From the IMG/VR virus record IMGVR_UViG_3300042503_002084: 64,000 nucleotides of DNA, one strand, 5' to 3'. The translations under genes were made by a program, and so were the position numbers. Each line of letters starts with the position of its first letter. Within the stretch, counting starts at the first letter, position 1. The DNA is from an uncultured virus (IMG/VR IMGVR_UViG_3300042503_002084) (lineage: Duplodnaviria; Heunggongvirae; Uroviricota; Caudoviricetes). Below are positions 1 to 9,301 of the stretch, piece by piece. Below the pieces are notes generated by a model, which was not told the DNA's origin, made no database searches, and was given only the letters and a program-made list of their open reading frames with translations.

Positions 1-663
1 AGAGGTATTGAAGGTGGAACAATTGAGATTGCGGAAAAATATGGTTGGGCGCCTGCAATCTACCATGAAATTTATAACCTATTGGATTATTATAAACGAG
101 GAGAAAAAGCAATACACGACGGAGACACTGTCGTTGAACTTGGTGGTAACATTGGCGTTTTCAATAGATGGGCATACAACCAAGGAGCGTCTAGGGTTAT
201 TTCATTTGAGCCAGATAAAAGATACTTTAAATTATTGTCATTGAATGCTGATCCTCGTTCAGTGTTATTTAATGCCGCTGGTAGTGATTCTATTGGTTCA
301 TTAACATTATATGAAAGCGAACACTTAGGTGGATCAAATTTATTTGGAACCCAAGAAGGCGCTAAGACGTATACCACTAGAACATATACTTTAGATTACT
401 TATTTGAAACTAAGTTAGTTGATAAAATTGATTTCTTAAAAGTCGATATTGAAGGTGCGGAGCATTATGCGTTCGCTGGGATATCAGATGAAAATTTAAG
501 TAAGGTTAAAAATATTGCAATGGAATATCACCATTCTCATTTTAACTATGATGACGATCTTAGAAACAGTTTAGTAAATAGAATGGTTAACAATGGTTTT
601 AAACCTTACATTCTTTTTATGGGATATAATAACGCATTACAAATGATATATTTTACAAGATGA
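1..663 (+). CDS. FkbM-family SAM-dependent methyltransferase (5' truncated by window edge)
   Basis: Frame is open from base 1. Motifs VVELGGNIG, ISFEP, IDFLKVDIEGAE and MEYH are typical of FkbM/Methyltransf_21. Confidence 0.85.
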   Translation, partial: RGIEGGTIEIAEKYGWAPAIYHEIYNLLDYYKRGEKAIHDGDTVVELGGNIGVFNRWAYNQGASRVISFEPDKRYFKLLSLNADPRSVLFNAAGSDSIGSLTLYESEHLGGSNLFGTQEGAKTYTTRTYTLDYLFETKLVDKIDFLKVDIEGAEHYAFAGISDENLSKVKNIAMEYHHSHFNYDDDLRNSLVNRMVNNGFKPYILFMGYNNALQMIYFTR

Positions 664-1316
664 GCACATTAGATATTTTAGCAAAATCGTATGGTACTGA
701 TAAATGTTCTGAAACACACAATTATTGTGTTAAGTATGAAAAATATTTACCATTTAATAGATGGGACGATTTAAAAATTTTAGAGATAGGTGTATTGGAT
801 GGTAAATCTCTTTTAACATGGAGAGATTATTATTATCGTTCACACATAACCGGTATCGATATTAATCCAGATTGTAAAAAATATAGTGGTGAAAGAATTT
901 CTGTTGAGATTGGTTCACAAGCCGACAATGTTTTCTTAAATGAAATCATGAGGGAGTATGGAAAATTTGATATGATACTAGATGATGGTTCCCATATGAA
1001 TTCACATATGATTTATTCTTTTGAGCATTTATTTGAATCAGTTAAATCTGGTGGTGTTTATGTAATTGAAGATGTTGGTTGTTCATATTGGGAAGATTAT
1101 GAAGGAGGTTATTTAAAACCAACATCTTGTATGGAATATTTTAAAGCATTGTCTGATGATATAAATTTCAGAGGACTAATGAACCATAACAAACCAAACG
1201 TACATGCAAGAAGAGAAGATTGGTTAATCGAGAACTCTGTAAGTATGCCAACGTGTAGAACGGATATCGAATCAATAAACTTCCTTAATGGAATTATTAT
1301 TATAACCAAGAGATAA
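660..1316 (+). CDS. Class I SAM-dependent (sugar O-)methyltransferase
   Basis: GTDK..HNY, ILEIGV, GIDI, GSQAD, DDGSH, GGVYVIED motifs (MycE/Methyltransf_24-like). Overlaps the upstream stop (ATGA). Confidence 0.85.
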   Translation: MSTLDILAKSYGTDKCSETHNYCVKYEKYLPFNRWDDLKILEIGVLDGKSLLTWRDYYYRSHITGIDINPDCKKYSGERISVEIGSQADNVFLNEIMREYGKFDMILDDGSHMNSHMIYSFEHLFESVKSGGVYVIEDVGCSYWEDYEGGYLKPTSCMEYFKALSDDINFRGLMNHNKPNVHARREDWLIENSVSMPTCRTDIESINFLNGIIIITKR

Positions 1317-4012
1317 TGGCTCACACAAATCAAATTTTATATTGTGAGTCGGTAAAAGCAAAGTACCCGCAATTTTTTAAAGGGGTTAAAGTTTTAGACA
1401 TCGGGTCATTAGATATCAATGGCTCAAATCGTTATCTTTTCGAGGATAGCGATTATTTAGGTATTGATGTTGGTGAGGGGCGTAATGTTGATTTAGTTTG
1501 CGTTGGTCACGAATTTAATGGTCCTGATAACTATTTCGATACCATCATATCAACTGAAGTTTTTGAACATGACATGTACTATGAAAAAACAATTCTTAAT
1601 GTCATGAGAATGTTAAAACCTGGTGGATTGTTTGTGTTTACTTGTGCGTCTACAGGAAGAGCGGAGCATGGAACAAGAAGAAGTGATGGTAGTTGGGCAG
1701 CACCATTACTAATGAATAAAGATGCGTGGGCGGATTATTATAAAAATTTAACTTCAGAAGACATTGAAGTTATTGATGGATTTAAAGAACATTTCCCCGA
1801 TGGGGTTTTCGGTTACAACGGTGAAAGTTGCGATTTATATTTCTCAGGAATAAAAAGTGATGTTGAAAGTTTTAAAAAAAAATATATGATTTTTAATGAT
1901 GATGTTTTTATTATCGATTGCTGGTTGGATACAAAAGAAAAAGAAGATACTTTAATAAATTTAATTAACAGAGTTAAAGTTTTCAATGTTCCAATTATAT
2001 TATGTGGACATTATCCGGTTAAACCGGAAATACAAAAGATGGTTGACTATTGTATCTATGACAAGAATAACGATATTTTATTAGAGAAGGACTTTAACCA
2101 ATATGATGTTGCTAGTGACAGATGGACAGAGATGGGCGACTACAGAGTTGTGAACAAAGTTAACTTTCACCATGATTACGCTATTTGGTTAACCATGAAA
2201 AATAGTTTTAACCTTGCAAATCAACTAGGAAAAAAATATATACATTTCTTAGAGTTTGATAATTTACCGGAAGAAACACAATATAGACAAGCATTCTTAG
2301 AGTATATAAGAAGTTTTGACGCTGTTGTGCAAGAATATGACGAAGGTTCAACAAAAACAGATGCACCATATTGTGCAACTTATATTTTTTCAATAAGAAC
2401 TGATATTGCTTTACGTGTCATTGAACAAATAAAAACAAAAGAAGAGTTTTTTAGAAACAGACCTAATGGTTGGCAGTTAGAAAAAGTGTTTTTACAAACA
2501 TTAAAAAATGTTACAAACAGCATATACGTTAGTAAGTACATGCCAAACGATGATGAGTTAAACATATTTGCTGCGTGGAATAGAAACGGGATATTAAGAA
2601 ATGGTGCTAGATTCCAGACGTATTTAGCCGTAGATAATCAGAATAAATTATATGCTCATTTTATATCCGGGTTTGATAACAAACCAGCAGATAAAGATTA
2701 TTTAATTGAAATTCATTATAATGGTAGAGGTAAGTTCTATATGGTAAATAAAAATATGTACCACCTAGAAGGGTTAGGTGAATTTATTCAAGGAGAAACA
2801 GTTAGAATTTATTACCAAGGGGTTGAGGTCTTTAGTGAACTATTAAAAGACAATGTTAACGAGTTTAAAAGAAAAAACCAACTCACTTGGAAAAATAAGA
2901 ACACAAACAGAAGAGTCAACGTAAACTTTGTCGATGGTCCCTTTGTTGAGATATTAGAAGATGTTGAAAATTTATACAATGTTAAATTTATTAATCAAGA
3001 TAATAATAAAATTGAGTTTGAGTTAAATTTAAAAAGTAATCACTGGGCTAGAACCGGTAAAAAGTATTTCGTTAACTGGTTAATTAAGATTCAAGGTATT
3101 GATAACGATTTTTATCATGAGCATGTATTTGATCCAGCAGGTAAAAGGTTTCTAGTGGCATTTGAATCAAAATCATTGGGTGACAATTTGGCTTGGATGG
3201 ATTATGTAGACAAATTTAGGTTAGATAAAAAATGTGAGGTCATTTGTTCTACTTTTAATAATGATTTATTTAAATCACAATATCCTAATATTGAATTCGT
3301 TAACCCTGGGGCGTTGGTTTCTAATTTATATGGCTTATTCAGGATCGGTTTATTTTACAAAACCGATGACAATGGTGTTAGAGGGGTAAATTATGAAAAC
3401 CATAAAACAGACCCTAAAAAAGAACCATTAGGAAAAGTAGCGTCAGATATTCTAGGTTTAACATATAATGAATCTAGAACTAAATTACCTAGAATTGGTA
3501 AGAATAAGCAAAAAAGAGTTTGTATTGCTATTCATTCGACAGCACAATGTAAGTATTGGAATAACCCAACTGGTTGGCAAGATGTTGTTGATTATTTAAA
3601 ATCAAAAGGTTATGAGGTTAGATTATTATCAAGAGAAGAAAACGGATATATGGGGAATTGGAACCCAAAAGGTGTTGTTCAACAAAAACCAAGTTCAACA
3701 GTAGAACTTATTAAAGTTTTACAAGAGTCAGAATTTTTTATTGGGATTAGTAGTGGACTTAGTTGGTTAGCGTGGGCTTCAGGTATTCCAGTTGTTTTAA
3801 TCTCAGGTTTTACCGATGTATCATTAGAACCGTTTGATAATGTGAAAAGAATTATCAACAAAGATGTTTGTAATAGTTGCTGGTCAAATTATGATTTTGA
3901 TGCAGGCGATTGGAATTGGTGCCCAGTCCAAAAGGGTACAGATAAACAATTTGAGTGTTCAAAATCAATTACAAGTGAAAATGTTATCAAAGAACTTGAG
4001 TTAATGATGTAA
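1316..4012 (+). CDS. Multidomain protein: methyltransferase + uncharacterised middle domain + Aah/TibC-like autotransporter O-heptosyltransferase
   Basis: N-term LDIGSLDING / ISTEVFEH / LKPGG. C-term SKSLGDNLAW, QCKYWNNPTGW, FFIGISSGLSWLAW, VVLISGFT and the four-Cys CNSCW...WNWCP...FECSKSI motif of the Aah/TibC family. Confidence 0.85.
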   Translation: MAHTNQILYCESVKAKYPQFFKGVKVLDIGSLDINGSNRYLFEDSDYLGIDVGEGRNVDLVCVGHEFNGPDNYFDTIISTEVFEHDMYYEKTILNVMRMLKPGGLFVFTCASTGRAEHGTRRSDGSWAAPLLMNKDAWADYYKNLTSEDIEVIDGFKEHFPDGVFGYNGESCDLYFSGIKSDVESFKKKYMIFNDDVFIIDCWLDTKEKEDTLINLINRVKVFNVPIILCGHYPVKPEIQKMVDYCIYDKNNDILLEKDFNQYDVASDRWTEMGDYRVVNKVNFHHDYAIWLTMKNSFNLANQLGKKYIHFLEFDNLPEETQYRQAFLEYIRSFDAVVQEYDEGSTKTDAPYCATYIFSIRTDIALRVIEQIKTKEEFFRNRPNGWQLEKVFLQTLKNVTNSIYVSKYMPNDDELNIFAAWNRNGILRNGARFQTYLAVDNQNKLYAHFISGFDNKPADKDYLIEIHYNGRGKFYMVNKNMYHLEGLGEFIQGETVRIYYQGVEVFSELLKDNVNEFKRKNQLTWKNKNTNRRVNVNFVDGPFVEILEDVENLYNVKFINQDNNKIEFELNLKSNHWARTGKKYFVNWLIKIQGIDNDFYHEHVFDPAGKRFLVAFESKSLGDNLAWMDYVDKFRLDKKCEVICSTFNNDLFKSQYPNIEFVNPGALVSNLYGLFRIGLFYKTDDNGVRGVNYENHKTDPKKEPLGKVASDILGLTYNESRTKLPRIGKNKQKRVCIAIHSTAQCKYWNNPTGWQDVVDYLKSKGYEVRLLSREENGYMGNWNPKGVVQQKPSSTVELIKVLQESEFFIGISSGLSWLAWASGIPVVLISGFTDVSLEPFDNVKRIINKDVCNSCWSNYDFDAGDWNWCPVQKGTDKQFECSKSITSENVIKELELMM

Positions 4013-4051
4013 AAGGGGTCATTTTTATTTCACTATAACTATTTACTGTGG

Positions 4052-4059
4052 TATTTATA
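4052..4059 (+). promoter_or_regulatory. TATTTATA motif, candidate phage late promoter, upstream of the tail fibre gene
   Basis: Same motif recurs just upstream of several other genes (41388, 51978, 60587, 61897; minus strand 44972, 32213, 28901). Confidence 0.5.
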
Positions 4060-4075
4060 GTAAAATAGAAAATTA

Positions 4076-7000
4076 ATGGAAATAATTGGTTCACTATCCA
4101 GTGTTTCGGGCTCGTTATCCGCTTCATTTTTTACCGGTTCATTCGTTGGTGATGGTAGTAGATTAACTGGTATTCCGATGAACGCGTTTTCCGGTTTTAC
4201 AGTTAGCCAGTTAAATGCTGGCGCCGCAACCGCCTCAATATCTGCAACAGATGGTTTTGTTGTAAATACAAAAACAAATATACAAGGTAATTTAGTTGTT
4301 ACCGGTTCAATAACCGCAACACAATATATAATCAGTTCATCTGTTATATATGCAACTGAATCGTACACGAGCGGGTCCCACAACTTTGGTAACTCTAGTG
4401 ACGATTTCCATAATTTTACTGGTAGTGTTAATATTAGTGGTTCATTAGTACTTAATGGAACATCATTTACTGCTGCAACTTCTGGTACATCAGGCACAAG
4501 CGGTACTTCGGGTACCTCTGGTAGTTCTGGTACTAGAGGTACATCAGGAACTTCGGGTACCTCTGGTAGTTCTGGTAGTTCTGGAACATCAGGTTCAAGT
4601 GGTACTTCGGGATCAAGTGGTTCGTCAGGAACAAGTGGATCAAGCGGAACTAGTGGTAGTTCTGGTTCTAGTGGAACATCGGGTTCTTCCGGAACTAGCG
4701 GAACCTCAGGTTCAAGCGGGTCTTCAGGTACATCAGGTTCTAGTGGAACGTCGGGTAGTTCTGGTTCTTCAGGAACATCAGGATCAAGTGGCTCTTCTGG
4801 TACATCTGGTTCATCAGGTTCCAGTGGTACAAGTGGCACATCAGGATCAAGTGGTACGAGCGGAACCTCAGGTTCTTCAGGATCATCTGGTACATCGGGT
4901 TCATCAGGTTCATCAGGAACGTCAGGATCTTCGGGTTCTTCTGGTACTAGAGGTACGTCTGGAACTAGTGGTACTTCGGGTTCATCAGGTTCATCAGGAA
5001 CAAGTGGATCTTCTGGGTCATCAGGAACTGCGGGAACGTCAGGTTCAAGTGGTAGTTCTGGTTCTAGTGGAACATCGGGTTCTTCTGGATCTTCTGGTAC
5101 AAGTGGCACATCTGGTTCTTCCGGAACTAGCGGTACTAGTGGTAGTTCAGGGTCCTCTGGTTCTACCGGTACATCAGGTACTTCAGGTTCTTCTGGTTCT
5201 AGTGGAACCGCAGGTTCTTCTGGTTCATCAGGAACGTCAGGTACATCAGGTTCAAGCGGTACCGCCGGTACATCAGGTTCAAGTGGCTCAAGTGGTACAT
5301 CGGGTTCTTCTGGTTCATCAGGATCTAGTGGTACGTCAGGAACTTCCGGTACGAGTGGTTCATCAGGTTCATCAGGAACAAGTGGTTCATCAGGTTCATC
5401 AGGAACAAGTGGAGCATTAACATTAAGTGGCACTCAAGATAATGGATTATTAACCTTAAATGGTAGTGCACCAAACGCAACAGTTGAAAGTAATTTAAGA
5501 TTTGACGGCTCGTTACTAACGGTTGTCGGTAATGAAACAATATCTGGTTCGTTAATTGTAACCCAAAATTTTACTGTTTTAGGGTCATCATCAATCCAAA
5601 ACATTAGTTCTTCTAATTTAGTTATTGGGACATCAATCGTAACTTTAAACACATTCTCACCATCATCTAGATATGCCGGTTTGAATATCATAGACAGTGG
5701 TTCAATTGGCGGTTCTGGTTCATTCTTATATGATGCCTTACAAGATGAATTTATATTTGTTCACAGAGGAAACGGTGTAAACGTAACGTCGTCCCATTTT
5801 ATAATGGGACCAGAAACTTACGATAACTTAGGAAACGAAACATATATCACCAGTAATCGTATCCCGAAAGGAAAGGGTAATGAACATCTTAATGATTCAA
5901 ATATAACTGATACTGGTACTGTAGTATCGATAAATTCAAATACAGAAATAACTGGCTCATTAAAAGTAACGAATGGTGTTTATGTAACAGGTTCGTTATT
6001 TATTAATGGTACATCATATACCGCAGCAACTTCAGGAACCAGTGGTACATCAGGTACATCAGGTACTAGTGGCAGTTCTGGATCAAGTGGTACGTCAGGA
6101 TCTTCGGGTTCTTCTGGTACTAGAGGTACTTCAGGAACTAGTGGTACATCTGGTAGTTCTGGTTCAAGCGGAACGTCAGGTTCTAATGGTTCAAGCGGTA
6201 CATCAGGTACATCAGGATCTTCGGGTTCTTCAGGTACTAGCGGTAGTTCAGGTTCTAGCGGAACATCTGGTTCTTCTGGTTCATCAGGTACGTCAGGTTC
6301 ATCAGGTACTTCTGGGTCTTCCGGATCGTCAGGAACCTCAGGTTCAAGTGGATCGTCAGGAACAGCAGGTACATCAGGTTCTTCAGGGTCTAGTGGGTCT
6401 TCTGGAACAAGTGGATCTTCTGGTAGTTCAGGTTCATCAGGTACTTCTGGTTCAAGTGGTAGTTCAGGAACCGCTGGAACATCAGGAACAAGTGGAACTT
6501 CAGGTAGTTCTGGTTCTTCAGGAGTAACGGGTGGAGTAAGATACAATTTCTCAACCTCAACAACAGATGCTGACCCAGGCGCAGGATTAGTTGCTTATAA
6601 TAGTGGAACAATTGGTTCGGTGTCATTCATTTATATTGATAACGTTGATCAGTTAAGTAACACGCAAACCGCTTGGTTTAATACTTGGTCAACATCAACA
6701 AACACAACAAATAGAGGAACTGTAACACTTTTTAGTAGAGATTCTGGAACAATTGTCAATATTTTTACAGTTACGGGCGCAGTAACTGCTGCGTCAGGAT
6801 ATTTTAAAATCCCAGTATCTTATGTAAGTGGTACTCTAGGTGCAAATAACGCACAACTTGCGATTGAATTCGCTAGAACAGGTAATGCTGGTTCTTCCGG
6901 ATCTTCTGGTACTAGTGGTACTTCAGGTACATCTGGAACAAGTGGTAGTTCAGGATCAAGTGGAACTGCTGGTACATCAGGTTCTTCAGGGTCTAGTGGA

Positions 7001-9301
7001 TCTTCTGGAACAAGTGGTAGTTCAGGGTCAAGTGGCACCTCAGGTTCTAACGGGTCGTCAGGAACGTCTGGCACATCAGGTAGTTCAGGATCTTCTGGAA
7101 CTTCAGGATCTAGTGGTTCGAGTGGTACAACCGGAACAAGTGGAACTGCGGGTACGTCAGGATCTAGTGGCTCAAGCGGAACTTCAGGATCAAGTGGTTC
7201 ATCTGGAACTAGAGGTACGTCAGGAACAAGTGGAACCTCAGGATCAAGTGGATCTTCTGGTTCATCTGGAACCTCAGGGTCTAGTGGATCTTCTGGTTCT
7301 ACCGGTACATCCGGTACTGCAGGTACATCGGGTTCTTCAGGTTCTTCTGGATCTAGCGGGACCTCGGGTTCAAGTGGTAGTTCAGGTACTTCTGGTACTT
7401 CAGTAACCATTTCAGGGGTTAACAATACTGTCGCAAAATACACATCATCAACTACTATTGGTAATTCTAATATTACGGATGATGGAACAACGATTAGGTT
7501 GGCTTCTAACTCAATTGTAACAGGTTCATTAACCGTTACAGGAAACTTAATAGCACAACAATTTATTGTTAGTTCATCGGTTAGTTACGTAACCACATCA
7601 TTCGCATCTGGTTCATCTAGGTTTGGTGATAGTATTGATGATACACATCAGTTTACTGGTTCAGTATTAGTAACAGGTTCATTTAGATTACCTACCGCAA
7701 GTTCTACAGGTAATATTACAGGTAATGCGGCAGGTCAATTATTCTATAACACAACTGACACAAACATATACAGATACAATGGTACAACATGGTTAAGTAA
7801 TGCTGGTACATCTGGAACAAGTGGTACTTCAGGAACAAGTGGATCAAGTGGCACATCAGGATCAAACGGATCTAGTGGGACGTCTGGCACATCTGGATCT
7901 TCAGGATCAAGTGGTACATCTGGTAGTTCTGGTTCATCTGGAACCTCAGGTTCTAATGGTTCAAGTGGCACATCTGGTAGTTCTGGTTCAAGTGGGTCAA
8001 GTGGTACATCAGGGTCAAGTGGTACATCTGGTACAAGTGGATCTTCTGGTTCATCTGGAACCTCAGGGTCTAGTGGATCTTCTGGTTCTACCGGTACATC
8101 CGGTACTGCAGGTACATCGGGTTCATCAGGATCTAGTGGTACTAGTGGTTCATCAGGATCAAGCGGAACAAGCGGGTCTAACGGTTCCTCAGGTACTAGC
8201 GGGACATCTGGTTCTTCTGGATCTTCTGGTACTTCAGGTAGTTCAGGATCAAGTGGTACTAGAGGTACGTCAGGAACAAGTGGAACTTCAGGATCTAGTG
8301 GTTCAAGTGGTACGTCAGGATCAAGTGGTTCATCTGGAACAAGTGGTGGTACAGGTTCACCGGGTTCTAACGGTAGTTCAGGATCTAGTGGAACATCGGG
8401 TTCTTCAGGTTCTTCTGGATCTAGCGGGACCTCGGGTTCAAGTGGTAGTTCAGGATCTAGTGGAACATCGGGTTCAAGTGGTAGTTCAGGATCTAGTGGA
8501 ACATCGGGTTCTTCAGGGACTAGAGGTACATCAGGAACTTCTGGTACAAGTGGATCTTCTGGATCAAGCGGCACATCGGGTAGTTCGGGTAGTTCAGGTA
8601 CATCAGGAGCAAATGGTTCTCCAGGATCTAACGGATCATCAGGGTCTAGTGGATCATCAGGTTCGTCAGGTACATCAGGTGCAAATGGTTCACCAGGATC
8701 TAACGGATCATCAGGAAGTTCTGGTAGTTCTGGTTCGTCAGGTACATCAGGTGCAAATGGTTCACCAGGATCTAACGGATCATCAGGAAGTTCTGGTAGT
8801 TCTGGTTCGTCAGGTACAACAACAATTACAAACGCTAGTGATGATAGAGTAATGACAAGCACAGGTGGTGTTGGATTAAACGCCGAAGCAAACTTAACGT
8901 TTAATGGATCAACACTTGCTGTTACTGGTGCAATAACAACAACCGGTAACGTAACCGTTGGTGGTGTCTTAACAGAAAACTCATCATTACGATATAAGAA
9001 AGATGTTGAAACTCTTAAATATGGTTTAGAGATACTCTTACAATTAAGAGGTGTTAGGTATGTTAGAAAAGATAATGGAATAACTGAGATTGGAGTTATC
9101 GCGGAAGAAATGGAAGAAATTTTACCAGAGATAGTTTTGAAAAATGATGAAGGTCAAGTTGATTCGGTTTCATATGGTAGATTGTCGGCAATATTCATTG
9201 AAGCGATAAAAGAATTGAAACACGAATTAATGGAACAAAACCATGTTATTAACGAGCAGAACTTGATTATTAACGAATTAAAACGTAAATTAGATCTATA
9301 A
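4076..9301 (+). CDS. Long tail fibre/adhesin with four Gly-X-Ser (GSS/GTS) repeat blocks and a C-terminal Peptidase_S74 intramolecular chaperone
   Basis: 1741 aa. C-terminal SSLRYKKDVETL...GVIAEE...VSYGRL..IFIEAIKEL plus coiled coil is the S74 signature. Beta-rich TGS linker domains lie between the repeat blocks. Confidence 0.85.
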   Translation: MEIIGSLSSVSGSLSASFFTGSFVGDGSRLTGIPMNAFSGFTVSQLNAGAATASISATDGFVVNTKTNIQGNLVVTGSITATQYIISSSVIYATESYTSGSHNFGNSSDDFHNFTGSVNISGSLVLNGTSFTAATSGTSGTSGTSGTSGSSGTRGTSGTSGTSGSSGSSGTSGSSGTSGSSGSSGTSGSSGTSGSSGSSGTSGSSGTSGTSGSSGSSGTSGSSGTSGSSGSSGTSGSSGSSGTSGSSGSSGTSGTSGSSGTSGTSGSSGSSGTSGSSGSSGTSGSSGSSGTRGTSGTSGTSGSSGSSGTSGSSGSSGTAGTSGSSGSSGSSGTSGSSGSSGTSGTSGSSGTSGTSGSSGSSGSTGTSGTSGSSGSSGTAGSSGSSGTSGTSGSSGTAGTSGSSGSSGTSGSSGSSGSSGTSGTSGTSGSSGSSGTSGSSGSSGTSGALTLSGTQDNGLLTLNGSAPNATVESNLRFDGSLLTVVGNETISGSLIVTQNFTVLGSSSIQNISSSNLVIGTSIVTLNTFSPSSRYAGLNIIDSGSIGGSGSFLYDALQDEFIFVHRGNGVNVTSSHFIMGPETYDNLGNETYITSNRIPKGKGNEHLNDSNITDTGTVVSINSNTEITGSLKVTNGVYVTGSLFINGTSYTAATSGTSGTSGTSGTSGSSGSSGTSGSSGSSGTRGTSGTSGTSGSSGSSGTSGSNGSSGTSGTSGSSGSSGTSGSSGSSGTSGSSGSSGTSGSSGTSGSSGSSGTSGSSGSSGTAGTSGSSGSSGSSGTSGSSGSSGSSGTSGSSGSSGTAGTSGTSGTSGSSGSSGVTGGVRYNFSTSTTDADPGAGLVAYNSGTIGSVSFIYIDNVDQLSNTQTAWFNTWSTSTNTTNRGTVTLFSRDSGTIVNIFTVTGAVTAASGYFKIPVSYVSGTLGANNAQLAIEFARTGNAGSSGSSGTSGTSGTSGTSGSSGSSGTAGTSGSSGSSGSSGTSGSSGSSGTSGSNGSSGTSGTSGSSGSSGTSGSSGSSGTTGTSGTAGTSGSSGSSGTSGSSGSSGTRGTSGTSGTSGSSGSSGSSGTSGSSGSSGSTGTSGTAGTSGSSGSSGSSGTSGSSGSSGTSGTSVTISGVNNTVAKYTSSTTIGNSNITDDGTTIRLASNSIVTGSLTVTGNLIAQQFIVSSSVSYVTTSFASGSSRFGDSIDDTHQFTGSVLVTGSFRLPTASSTGNITGNAAGQLFYNTTDTNIYRYNGTTWLSNAGTSGTSGTSGTSGSSGTSGSNGSSGTSGTSGSSGSSGTSGSSGSSGTSGSNGSSGTSGSSGSSGSSGTSGSSGTSGTSGSSGSSGTSGSSGSSGSTGTSGTAGTSGSSGSSGTSGSSGSSGTSGSNGSSGTSGTSGSSGSSGTSGSSGSSGTRGTSGTSGTSGSSGSSGTSGSSGSSGTSGGTGSPGSNGSSGSSGTSGSSGSSGSSGTSGSSGSSGSSGTSGSSGSSGSSGTSGSSGTRGTSGTSGTSGSSGSSGTSGSSGSSGTSGANGSPGSNGSSGSSGSSGSSGTSGANGSPGSNGSSGSSGSSGSSGTSGANGSPGSNGSSGSSGSSGSSGTTTITNASDDRVMTSTGGVGLNAEANLTFNGSTLAVTGAITTTGNVTVGGVLTENSSLRYKKDVETLKYGLEILLQLRGVRYVRKDNGITEIGVIAEEMEEILPEIVLKNDEGQVDSVSYGRLSAIFIEAIKELKHELMEQNHVINEQNLIINELKRKLDL
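4478..5413 (+). repeat. Coding Gly-X-Ser triplet repeat block 1 (approximate bounds)
   Basis: Continuous GSS/GTS triplets with heavily varied codons. Confidence 0.95.
6029..6523 (+). repeat. Coding Gly-X-Ser triplet repeat block 2 (approximate bounds)
   Basis: Same triplet pattern as block 1. Confidence 0.95.
6889..7402 (+). repeat. Coding Gly-X-Ser triplet repeat block 3 (approximate bounds)
   Basis: Same triplet pattern. Shares an ~85-90 bp exact DNA copy with block 4 (~7250-7335 vs ~8040-8124). Confidence 0.95.
7805..8817 (+). repeat. Coding Gly-X-Ser repeat block 4, ending in 72-bp tandem units (GTSGANGSPGSNGSSGSSGSSGSS)
   Basis: GGTTCGTCAGGTACA recurs at 8660, 8732 and 8804 (72-bp period). 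Confidence 0.95.

Noticed and set aside
4478..8817. Repeat blocks as a CRISPR array or DGR template/variable repeat
   Set aside because: They are in-frame coding triplets with synonymous variation. No constant repeat with unique spacers, no adenine-specific mismatch pair, and no cas or reverse transcriptase gene seen.
4039..8862. Long minus-strand Pro/Glu/Asp/Val ORFs (4039-5433, 5980-6546, 6820-7443, 7744-8862) and alternate-frame Val/Leu/Gln/His ORFs (4455-5420, 6006-6527, 6840-7406, 7800-8852)
   Set aside because: Shadow frames of the GSS/GTS codon repeats, which lack stop codons in those frames. Their limits track the repeat blocks.
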